The notes under the pieces: generated by a model
Database searches by the model: none
Seen by the model: only the letters and a program-made list of their open reading frames with translations
What the model was told of the DNA's origin: nothing
In this document: positions 9,490-19,185 of the stretch, piece by piece
How the letters are laid out: every line of letters begins with the position of its first letter
Position numbering within the stretch: position 1 is the stretch's first letter
Source: Wolbachia endosymbiont of Onchocerca ochengi
GTDB lineage: Bacteria > Pseudomonadota > Alphaproteobacteria > Rickettsiales > Anaplasmataceae
Assembly: GCF_000306885.1 (NCBI RefSeq)
Contig: NC_018267.1
Location: 90,001-122,000 of the forward strand
Direction of reading: 5' to 3'
Length of the DNA: 32,000 nucleotides
Translations under genes and position numbers: made by a program

Positions 9490-9960
9490 TTATAGTCCAA
9501 ACTCTTCATTAATTTTATCAACTATTTCTTGTGGTGGATCTTCTCCCCATCCTGAATACAAAATCTCTCCATAATCTGCAACATCCATAGAACCAGTTCT
9601 GCTTTTTGCAAGAAACATCTCTCTCTTATCTTTACTAACTAATACATAGTGCCACGCTGACCTTCCACGATCTTTACCACGAACTAGATATATAAGATCT
9701 GATCTACTTCTTCTTGCCGCATCAACAAAGGATCTCTCATTGAGAATTCTGCTTCTGCTTTTTATGCTGCCACTTTTGGAAAAAGCTTCCTTAGGCTCAG
9801 TTTTTTTGCTTGCTAATTCAGAGATTCTCCCTCTTTCTCCTAACGCACGTTCCTTTGTATTCTGAGATGAATACTTGTTAGAAAAACTTCCCCCTGTATA
9901 ACCATAAATCCTGCTTGAAAAACGCTTAGTAAATGAATTATTATCGTTATCTTCTGTCAT
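9490..9960 (-). CDS. Hypothetical protein: a Ser/Arg/Lys-rich N-terminal half plus a compact C-terminal domain
   Basis: 156-aa ORF that is intact although flanked by ORF-free DNA. The C-terminal half has non-repetitive, globular-looking composition (DLIYLVRGKDRGRSAWHYVLVSKDKREMFLAKSRTGSMDVADYGEILYSGWGEDPP). I cannot assign it to any family from memory. Confidence 0.6.
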   Translation of the reverse strand: MTEDNDNNSFTKRFSSRIYGYTGGSFSNKYSSQNTKERALGERGRISELASKKTEPKEAFSKSGSIKSRSRILNERSFVDAARRSRSDLIYLVRGKDRGRSAWHYVLVSKDKREMFLAKSRTGSMDVADYGEILYSGWGEDPPQEIVDKINEEFGL

Positions 9961-10035
9961 AAAAGTCTCCGAACTTTAGATTGTAGAATCCAAATTTTTG
10001 CTACACTCTATTATATGTTAATCAAATTAATATAA

Positions 10036-11022
10036 ATGAAAAATAGTATAATAATCATTACAGGAATTACAGCTTCAGGTAAATCAGAATTATGCAATAA
10101 TCTAATGAAAAAATATTTGAATATTAGCATAATAAACTGTGACTCAAAAAAGATATACAAGGAAATTCCCATAATTACTGCTCAGCCATTGAAGCAAGAA
10201 AAACCTTATAAATTGTATGGATATGTTTCGGCAAGAGAAAACTACTCCGTGGGTCTATGGCTAGAAGATTTGAAGAAGGAAATCAATAATGTATTAGAAA
10301 ACTCACAAGTACCAATCATTACTGGAGGAAGTGGGTTTTATATCAGCAGTTTGATCAAAGGCTTGTCATCAATTCCACAAATAAGTCAGGAAGTAAAAAA
10401 AAATGTAAGTGAGTTCAGAAAAAATTTAAGCAAAGAGGAGTTCTATAAATTAGTGTTAAACAAAGACCCAAAAATTCAAGGTAAAATATTCATGAATGAC
10501 TCACATCGCCTTTCAAGAGCACTTGAAGTTATTACTGAAACTGGCAAGTCAATTTTTATATGGCAAGAAAATAGACAGCCTCCTTTAATCAATAATTTTA
10601 AGATATATACAATTTTACCTAAACGCGAGGACGTATATCGAAAAATAAATTCCCGCTTTATTACAATGATTAAAAATGGAGCAATTGATGAAGTAAAAAA
10701 TCTACTTGGTATGAACTTAGCCTTATATTTGCCAGCCATGAAAGCACATGGAGTTCCAGAAATTATAAAATACTTAAAAGGTAAGATTACCCTAAACGAA
10801 GCAATACAAATTGCTCAAACAAATACAAGACATTACGCAAAGCGCCAGTATACTTGGTTTAAAAATCAACTCCCAAACTCTGAAGTAATCAACTGCATAG
10901 AAGATTTTCACTCTTCCTTTAATCTAATACAGCCTTTTTTACTACTTATTCTGTATAACAGTCTCGATGTATTGATTGGTAGTTTAACTTGTTTTAAGTA
11001 CTTTTTACTTTCAATAATCTAG
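10036..11022 (+). CDS. miaA: tRNA dimethylallyltransferase (MiaA), with an atypical hydrophobic C-terminal extension
   Basis: 328-aa ORF with an N-terminal P-loop (ITGITASGKSEL). It also has ITGGSGFYI, HRLSRALEV and the C-terminal YAKRQYTWFKNQ motifs of IPP transferases. The last ~30 aa (LIQPFLLLILYNSLDVLIGSLTCFKYFLLSII) look like read-through sequence. Confidence 0.9.
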   Translation: MKNSIIIITGITASGKSELCNNLMKKYLNISIINCDSKKIYKEIPIITAQPLKQEKPYKLYGYVSARENYSVGLWLEDLKKEINNVLENSQVPIITGGSGFYISSLIKGLSSIPQISQEVKKNVSEFRKNLSKEEFYKLVLNKDPKIQGKIFMNDSHRLSRALEVITETGKSIFIWQENRQPPLINNFKIYTILPKREDVYRKINSRFITMIKNGAIDEVKNLLGMNLALYLPAMKAHGVPEIIKYLKGKITLNEAIQIAQTNTRHYAKRQYTWFKNQLPNSEVINCIEDFHSSFNLIQPFLLLILYNSLDVLIGSLTCFKYFLLSII

Positions 11023-12019
11023 CAAAGCTACCTGTTTCATTGTAACTACACATCTTTCTCCTTTATTATTCTTTTATATAATATAGCCAAAAATGCTCTT
11101 AATCAATTCTAAAAACTCTTTAAATGACATCAAAACAAACTTTTACTTTTTGTTGCATTCCATCGACAACTGGCTAATACCCTACCCCTTCAAAAATAGT
11201 AAGAGATAACTTACTATCTTTTATATATTACGCATCTTTCCCATCCTAAGATTTAAGTGAACTTCAGTAAGCTACGCAACTACTTATATAATTTTTCATT
11301 TTAGCTTTGTAAAAGCGTTAGTAGAAACTAGCTCTTCAACTGTAACTGTGCATAGCCTGAATCACTGTAACCAATATGCATTGTTAATGATTAAACCTGA
11401 ACAATAACTTGTATCCCATAGGTAAATAAAGAAGATATGTTCCTTTAACATACAAGGCACTTACATACCTTATTTGGTTACAATCAGTAACCTTCCCTCC
11501 AAGGGATAATCCCTCTTGGAACTTGAGTTTCAACATATTTAAACATTCTCTTAAAAACTTCTTTTACAAAAAAAAACGGTAGTCTTCATCTTACTCTCTT
11601 TGAGAGTAAACTATTATACTCTGTATATAATTTTTCGATCAAATTTCTACTTATATTTTTGTTGTCAATAACAAAATCTATCCTTTGAAAATTTTTACAA
11701 ACTTGTTCATCAGAGCTTACTGATCTATTATCCTTATCGGCTCTTAACATGCTAAAATTAAACTTTTTTGTTCGAGTTCTCAGCGAATTACTGAACTTTC
11801 TTTTTTCTCCTATATAAAATCATTTATTATCAACATCTTAATATAGAATGCAGTAGTACAATACATGAAATATTTAATAAGCCAACAAAAATACTTAACA
11901 CTGATACAAGCTCTACAACGACAAATAGTAACAGCTTCATCACCAAACTATAGAACCTTTAGAAGACCTCTTATTAAGGATAAAAAGGTTTTACACATAC
12001 ATAAATCCCAGCAAACAAC

Positions 12020-14043
12020 CAAAAGTACTGATTTCTCTAAAATAGCAATTTAGAGAACATATCTAAATTTCATTTCACAATACTGCCTAAACTCTGTGGT
12101 GGAAATAAAGTAATGAACCTGCTGTTTTATAGGCCGTCCAGTCATATAGATAGAAAAAAGTCATTACTTGATGCTCAAATTGAAAAATTTCAACTTTCAT
12201 GGCAAAAGTTTGTGAGCATTACCCGCCTCACTCTTAAAGAGAATCCCATATAAAATAGTCATTGAAAGTAAAAGTCAATACATACTTATAATCTTTTTTA
12301 ATTATTCAATTAATTATTGATATAAATTATTTCCAAACGGAGCCAATATAATTATTAGTGAAAACTCGAAAAATTTCCCAAACATTGGCAAATCGCTCAT
12401 CCAGATTATGTATTGCTTAACATTAGCCTATTTTAAAAAATAGCTAGCATAGAATCGGTTTACTAATTGTATCGCAACATCACCGATAGAAGTATCGGAA
12501 ATATGATAAGCTCTAGTTAAAAAAAAACTGCCCAATTTGCCAGAATGGATAAACGCCATGTTAATTAAAAAACTGCTAAGTTGAAGAGAAAATATTATGA
12601 AGTTGCACAAGCCAAGCTCATTAACTGAAGCGGAATTTTCAAGGAAAAGGCTTACTTATAGTAATTTTTACATATCGACTAACACTAAAACTTCAAGAGA
12701 AAACTATGTAAAAAAAAAATGAACAGAGAATTTACAATATCCAATAAATATATAAAAAACAAGTCTTGAATAACTATCGTTTTAAATTAAAAAATAATCA
12801 AGTTAGTATAATAGGTGAAATTTCAGAAGATAAAAATCTTAAGCACCATATGATAAGTAAGTTTACTTCAAAGTGATATTGGTAGTGGAAAGACCGTGAT
12901 TGCACTTTTTGCAATGCTTAATCTAGTAGAAAACAATATGCAATCAGCTCTAAGCACCAACTACTATTATCTGCAGAAGCACAATACCATTATTAAATCA
13001 AAAAGGCTTTATTCTGTACTGATAATATAAAATTACTCTACTCTCTGGCGAGACTACACGCAAGAAAAATTATCATGAATGAACTTATAAGCGGTATTTT
13101 AAACATAGTGTTTAGCACTCACGCACTATCTCAAGCTAACATCACATTTAAAATTTTTGGGCTTGCAATTATAGGTGAACAATAATGATTTGTAGTGATG
13201 CAGAAAAATCTGCTTAGCAAAAAAAGGAGAAAATGCCGATATACTTTTTGTTACCGCAACTCCAAGAACTTTACAGCAAGCCATGTATAATAGTATTGAA
13301 TACTTAGTTTTAAGGAAAAAGAAATCAGAATCCAGATTATCAATAAAAACTGTCACTATAAATATCAAGAAAGTACTAAATTTTACTAAAAGGTTCAAGA
13401 ATACTATATATATGAGCAAAAAAGCATATTGAATTTATTCATACATAGTAGGAAACGGGGGAGCTCAATATCACTGCAGCAGAGATGCGCTTCCAGGAAG
13501 CATAAAAAACACTTTTTAATAAAGTCGAGATAATATACAGGAAATTAACCAAGGAACAGAAAAATCAAGTTATGTTTTCTCTCAAAAAAGATAAATTTTC
13601 TCTGCTTGTTACAACCACTGTAATAAAAGTTGGCGTAGACATACTAGATGCAACAACCAATTCTAATTATAGAAAATACAGAGCAACTTGGATTATCGCA
13701 ATTACACCAGCTAAGAGGCAGCGTAGAACGAGGAAACAAACCATATTATTAATACAATAACTTAAGTCAAAGCTCACCCTCAAAGTTAAAGATAATGCGT
13801 AAGTCGCAAGATGAATTTTACATTCTGGAAAGAACATGATATTAAGAGACAGAAGAGATATTTTAGATATAAAATAATCAGGATACGTGAAGTTTAAATT
13901 TTGCTAATTTATACAAGAACAGAAAGTTACTTAATCTCACATACAACAACACAAAAAGCACAATAGTCAAGAATAAATCTTTTAAATTACTGCTTGATAT
14001 ATTTGAATACAGAAGTAGGCTTCATTTCTCAAAGTTTCAGTAG
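12020..14043 (+). pseudogene. recG: recG pseudogene (ATP-dependent DNA helicase RecG), full-length footprint broken by multiple stops and frameshifts
   Basis: Hand translation recovers collinear RecG blocks in shifting frames. These are: KLCGGNKVMNLLFYRPSSHIDRKK (N-terminal); SDIGSGKTVIALFAML (motif I, from ~12873); GILNIVFSTHALSQANITFKIFGLAIIGEQ then TAA TGA where HRFG is expected (~13095-13190); LFVTATPRTL (~13240-13285); LLVTTTVIKVGVDILDAT followed, after a frameshift, by IENTEQLGLSQLHQLRGSVERG (~13605-13735); and FKFANL...LLLDIFEY near the end (stop at 14041-14043). The boundaries are approximate, especially the 5' end. Confidence 0.85.
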
Positions 14044-14148
14044 ATTTATTGCATAGCTCTGTGTGTTATTGGTAACGTGAAAAACCGTACACATTCACCA
14101 AAGTTGTGATGATGTGAAAAGAAAATTCCTAGCTATAAGATATAAAAC

Positions 14149-15696
14149 TTAATGAAAGAAGCTACGAATACCAGTAAAAAACATAGCGATTTTACTCTCA
14201 TTTGCAGCTGCTATCACATCTTGATCTTTTAGCGAACCACCAGGCTGGATTATCGCTGTAATTCCATGTTTTGCACTTTCTATTATACTATCTGGAAATG
14301 GGAAAAATGCATCTGAAGCAAGCACAGCACCTTTACATCTTTCACCTGCTCTTTTTATTGCAATGTCCACACTGCCTATTCTACTTGTTTGCCCTGCACC
14401 GATGCCAATAGTACATCCACTTTTTGCTATAACTATCGCATTGGATTTCACATGCTTACATATTTTCCAAGCGAAAATCAAATCTTCCTTTTCTTTCTTT
14501 GTTACAGAATGCTTCGTCACTTGGCTAATTCTTCCTGCCTCTATCAAGTAGTTATTATTTTCTTGTATTAAAAAACCACTAACAACATTTTTGATCTGAT
14601 ATTTTGTACTTTTCTGAAAGGGTTTATAAATAATCACTCTTAAATTCTTCTTTCTTTGTAAAACTTCTAACGCTTCACTGTTTACTGATGGTATTATCAC
14701 TACTTCTAAAAATATCTCACTTAATTTCTCTGCTAGCTTTAAATCTAGCTCACGATTTAAGGCTACTACACCACCGAAACTGCTTATTTCATCACACAAT
14801 AAAGCCTTTTCATATGCTTCCAAAGCGTTATTACCAACAGCAGCACCACATGGGTTATTATGCTTGATTATCACTGCTGTAGGTTCTTTAAATTCAGAAA
14901 CTATGTTAAGCGCAGACTCTACATCTAGTATATTATTATAACTCAACTCTTTACCATGTATTTTTTCTAGCGGACATTTTGTAAACTGATTGCTATAAAA
15001 TGCAGCTTTTTGATGAGGATTCTCTCCATATCTTAGTTCTTGTGTTTTATATCCGTATAGAGCAAAAAACTCTGGTAATTCACTATTCTTACTCTGTGAT
15101 AAAAACCAACTATAAATATTAGAATCATAGTATGCAGTGAGAGCAAACGCTTTAGTTGCTAGATATTTTCTATATTCCAATGTTGTTTTATTGTTGTTTT
15201 CAATCATTTGAATTTTTAGTGTTTCATAGTCCTGAATGCTAGAAATAACTGAAGTAAAATAAAAATTTTTTGCTGCAGCTCTAATTAAAGCTACTCCACC
15301 AATATCAATTTGCTCTACAATTTGCTCCTCATCTGACCCGCTATTCACTGTCTCCCAGAATGGATATAGATTAATTATAAGAAGATCTATAGGCTCAATT
15401 CCCAAACCTTGCATCTCCTCTTTATGCTTTTCCCGATCACAGAGTATCCCTCCATGAATTTTAGGATGCAAAGTTTTCACTCTACCACCTAATACTTCTG
15501 GAAAGTGTGTATAATCTGAGACTTCTCGCGTTTTTATTCCAGCATCAGATAGCACTTTACAAGTATTCCCTGTTGAAAGAACTTCCATTTGTTGCTGTAT
15601 TAAAAATGATGCAAGGTCAATTATATTTGACTTATCATAAACCGATATTAAAGCTCTTTTCACTTCAAATATAGAAAATTTCTTAAGATTATACAC
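14149..15696 (-). CDS. purH: Bifunctional AICAR transformylase / IMP cyclohydrolase
   Basis: 515-aa ORF. The N-terminal MGS-like domain has KRALISVYDKSN, LSTGNT and GRVKTLHPKIHGGIL. The AICARFT domain has KHNNPCGAA, GGVVALN, IGIGAGQTSR and IIQPGGS. Confidence 0.97.
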   Translation of the reverse strand: MYNLKKFSIFEVKRALISVYDKSNIIDLASFLIQQQMEVLSTGNTCKVLSDAGIKTREVSDYTHFPEVLGGRVKTLHPKIHGGILCDREKHKEEMQGLGIEPIDLLIINLYPFWETVNSGSDEEQIVEQIDIGGVALIRAAAKNFYFTSVISSIQDYETLKIQMIENNNKTTLEYRKYLATKAFALTAYYDSNIYSWFLSQSKNSELPEFFALYGYKTQELRYGENPHQKAAFYSNQFTKCPLEKIHGKELSYNNILDVESALNIVSEFKEPTAVIIKHNNPCGAAVGNNALEAYEKALLCDEISSFGGVVALNRELDLKLAEKLSEIFLEVVIIPSVNSEALEVLQRKKNLRVIIYKPFQKSTKYQIKNVVSGFLIQENNNYLIEAGRISQVTKHSVTKKEKEDLIFAWKICKHVKSNAIVIAKSGCTIGIGAGQTSRIGSVDIAIKRAGERCKGAVLASDAFFPFPDSIIESAKHGITAIIQPGGSLKDQDVIAAANESKIAMFFTGIRSFFH

Positions 15697-17077
15697 AAAA
15701 AAAAAGAGTTGTCTATAGCTCTAACCCAAGCTTCTCAGTAGAATTTCTTCTTACTAATTATATCAGTTCAGTATTGTTCGCGCAGCTTCACGAAATACAG
15801 CTAGTTCTACACTCTAATAATCCCATTTTAATATTCTACTATGCTGATTAACTTCCTTAAAGACACACTATTTTGGTATTAATCCAATATAAGCATCAAC
15901 CATTTAAATATTTTTCTATATTTCACCATAAATTGATACATATTACCTATATCATCATATATTATATTAAAGCTTTACGTACAATTATCCTTTTCATTGC
16001 TCATATTTTCTGCTTAAACAAGCAAACCTCTTATAAAATCTGTTTTATTTTCTATATACATTTCTCTATCTTAAAAGAAAATCTCACTTAGTTTATCTCT
16101 ATAATTTAGAATATTTTCTCGCTCTTTTGTGATCTCCTTTCAAGCAGTTACGCAAAGCAAATAATAGCTTTTATGCTTTCTACTATCCTGAATAAAACAC
16201 AAGCATAGAATAAATTTTGCTATGTGAACTTAGTAACTATACATATCACCTACTAAATATCATTTCTCTGTTCCGTAGATACTCATATTGTAATTTCCCC
16301 ATAGCTTTGTGATATGATCGTCCACCAATTTCAATGATTTAACGGTTATACACGTATTTATAACTGGCTTTTCAAGATATTTTACTATTAATATATCATC
16401 AACATGCTCAAGATCAATTATCCAATTTTTAACTTTAGATAATATTCTATTTCTTTCTTAAATTGAATAGAGCAAAGTTTATCATACTCTCGAATTTGCA
16501 TCATATTAACATCTAGAAAATATCATCCCTATTACAAACTGGCATTAATTAATCTAATAAACTAGCAAGTAAAATAGAAAATTTAACCGTTTTTTCTCCT
16601 CTCGCTATTACAGACTTATACCACAATTAAGCTTAAATATTCAGCATGAAAAAGCTTCTTACAAAATTCCTCCTTTGTTGCCATCTAAATAGCTGACACT
16701 GGAATCTGTTTTCTTTCCTTTTTTAGATCTCAGCATCACTCACTAGAGTGACACTAAAAAGTAGACCATCATTTTTCATATAAACAATAGTTTTGCAAGA
16801 AAACCCAGATTACTTTCACTTAAACAATAAATATACAAGGATCCTGCTAACTTTATTGTTTGATTCTATCCCATTTTAACACTTCCTATGAGCATTGTGG
16901 GTGTAGAAAAAAAACTGCAAATTATGGAAATTACTCTTAAATTAGATCACAACTCCTCAAATAAACTGCATACTATAAAGCAATTACATATACAGTAAGA
17001 AACTAAAAATGTTAGCAGGTAAGAGAAAGAAAGGGATAAAGGAAATCACTTTAAGCGTTGATACTAAAACTAGTCGC

Positions 17078-18469
17078 TTATAGGTTCACCATTTCTTCCG
17101 GTTTCACTATTTTTTCAAATTCTTTCTCAGTAAGCAGGCCTAGCTTCATTGTCGCTTCTTTTAGAGTGATATTTTCTTTATAGGCAAGTTTCACTATTTT
17201 TGCTGCATTGTCATACCCTATGTAGGTATTTAATATAGTTACTAGCATTAGTGATTGATTCACCAAATCTTTTATTCTTTTTTCATTTGCTTTGATACCA
17301 AGCACACATTTTTGTGCAAAATTTAAACTTGCGTCAGCTAAAAGTCTTATAGACTGTAAAACATTGTAAATTATTACTGGCTTAAACACGTTCAATTCAA
17401 AATGACCATTTGAACCACTAATAGTTACAGCAACATGGTTCCCCATAACTTGAGCACATACCATAGTTATTGCTTCACATTGAGTTGGATTTACTTTACC
17501 TGGCATAATTGAAGAACCAGGCTCATTTTCTGGTAATGTTATTTCTCCAATCCCACATCTTGGACCAGAACTAAGTAGCCTTATATCATTTGCAATTTTC
17601 ATTAAACTAACTGCTATCGTGTTGAGTGTTCCACTTAACTCAACTAAAGCATCATTTGCTGCCAATGCTTCAAATTTGTTTTTTGCTGAAGTAAACGGAA
17701 GACCGGTGATTTTTGCTATTTCTTTGGCAAAACTCTCGGCAAAGCCTTGATTAACATTCAATCCTGTACCAACTGCAGTACCACCTTGTGCAAGCTCATA
17801 TACATTGCTCAAAGTTAATTTTATCCTCTCTATTCCCTTTTCAATTTGAGTCATATAGCCAGAAAACTCTTGTCCCAGTGTCAGAGGCGTTGCATCTTGC
17901 AAATGAGTACGGCCTATTTTTATTATATTTTTAAATTCCTGAACCTTATTATCTAACGCTTTATAAAGCCATTCAAGATTTGGAATGAGAAAATGATTTA
18001 TTTGCTTTGCCACTGCTATATGCATTGCTGTTGGAAAGGTGTCATTTGATGACTGACAACGATTCACATGATCATTTGGGTGTACAGGAAATTTACTACC
18101 TAAATTACCACCTAAAATCTCTATTGCACGGTTACTGATTACTTCATTCATATTCATGTTGGTCTGAGTCCCAGAACCAGTTTGCCATATAACAAGAGGA
18201 AATTCGTCGTTGAATTTACCATCTATTATCTCTTGTGCAGCTGTGCAGATTGTATTACCCACTTTTTCGTCTATAGTACCATACTTCATGTTCACACGTG
18301 CTGCTGCAAGTTTTACCACCGCTAACGCTTCAATTAGAGGTTCTGGTATTTTTTCTATGCCGATTTTGAAATTGTCCAAGGAACGTTGTGTTTGTGCTCC
18401 CCAGTAATGTTCATTTGGTACTTTTATCTCACCTAAGCTATCTGATTCTAGCCTACTTTTTTTACCCAT
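17078..18469 (-). CDS. fumC: Class II fumarate hydratase
   Basis: The fumarase/aspartase signature [15 protein letters not shown] is present, with the N-terminus [25 protein letters not shown]. The maximal ORF extends to 18511 (477 aa). However, the third in-frame ATG at 18469 ([10 protein letters not shown]...) is preceded by a G-rich Shine-Dalgarno (AAAGGGGGGAAT) and gives a typical 463-aa product. I therefore call that start, though 18484 and 18511 remain possible. Confidence 0.96.
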   Translation of the reverse strand: MGKKSRLESDSLGEIKVPNEHYWGAQTQRSLDNFKIGIEKIPEPLIEALAVVKLAAARVNMKYGTIDEKVGNTICTAAQEIIDGKFNDEFPLVIWQTGSGTQTNMNMNEVISNRAIEILGGNLGSKFPVHPNDHVNRCQSSNDTFPTAMHIAVAKQINHFLIPNLEWLYKALDNKVQEFKNIIKIGRTHLQDATPLTLGQEFSGYMTQIEKGIERIKLTLSNVYELAQGGTAVGTGLNVNQGFAESFAKEIAKITGLPFTSAKNKFEALAANDALVELSGTLNTIAVSLMKIANDIRLLSSGPRCGIGEITLPENEPGSSIMPGKVNPTQCEAITMVCAQVMGNHVAVTISGSNGHFELNVFKPVIIYNVLQSIRLLADASLNFAQKCVLGIKANEKRIKDLVNQSLMLVTILNTYIGYDNAAKIVKLAYKENITLKEATMKLGLLTEKEFEKIVKPEEMVNL

Positions 18470-19185
18470 ATTCCCCCCTTTCATATCATACAAACTCGAA
18501 TACGACTTCACTACATATTTCTCTCATGTGAATATTTCTACATCTTCATCATTAAACCATTACTAATCCACTAGTGTCAAGTACACTGGTATTATAATAG
18601 CTCGAAAGTAACTCCCTTTATAAGAAAGTATCAAGAACTAGCATAATATCTCTTTGAACTCTTAAATTATCTTAGCTATTAATAAATTTACTAAATAGAA
18701 AAAAGAACAAAGATTATTAAGAGTGCTATTCAAGTAGCCAACACCAAGATCAAAAAATACAGATTCCGATGTTACACCCTGAAATAACATTACTTATTAT
18801 AAAAATAAATGTTTATTTATGAATTGCTTTAATATTTAAGAAATTTATCAAGTAAAAAAAGCAAAAAACCTAGGATAACTAGTACTCAAATATTGCTTAC
18901 CAATTTTTGATATCCTCTTTGCTGTCTTAAACATTTTATAAGTGCGCTTCAGCACTTGTATAGGCAAAAAACTATAGAAACTTTATCAAGATAACAACAC
19001 ACATAGTACGAAAAACTAACATGAGATGCCAAATACATTGAGTTTTACCATTAACCTAATACAGAGATTACAAAAGTGAATAAAACATCTTCAGTATCAT
19101 GATAAGGAAATTGATCAAGGTTGTTGAATAATTTCTGCATTTAATTTTAAACTAAAAAGAGCTCGAAATGCAAAGAGGTCAAACT

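Noticed and set aside
10476-10739. 87-aa minus-strand ORF
   Set aside because: It lies antisense inside miaA. It is a shadow ORF.
11865-13760. ORFs at 11865-12053 (+), 12428-12610 (-), 13126-13419 (-) and 13572-13760 (+)
   Set aside because: 13572-13760 is simply one surviving in-frame piece of the recG pseudogene (LLVTTTVIKVGVDILDAT). The two minus-strand ORFs are antisense to that pseudogene. 11865-12053 abuts or overlaps the degraded recG 5' end and has no motif of its own.
14363-14571. Two plus-strand ORFs inside purH
   Set aside because: They lie antisense within a strongly supported CDS.
15873-16091. 72-aa plus-strand ORF
   Set aside because: It has extreme Ile/Tyr/Phe/His low complexity and sits in an ORF-free tract. 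Its length is expected by chance.
16260-16457. 65-codon ATG-less open frame on the minus strand (ERNRILSKVKNWIIDLEHVDDILIVKYLEKPVINTCITVKSLKLVDDHITKLWGNYNMSIYGTEK)
   Set aside because: Its composition looks protein-like and it may be a gene remnant. However, open frames of this length are expected several times by chance in about 8.6 kb of AT-rich DNA, and I could not assign a family, so I do not report it as a feature.
16646-16696. 16-codon ORF MKKLLTKFLLCCHLNS resembling a lipoprotein signal peptide
   Set aside because: It is far too short to support. At best it is the stump of a dead surface-protein gene.
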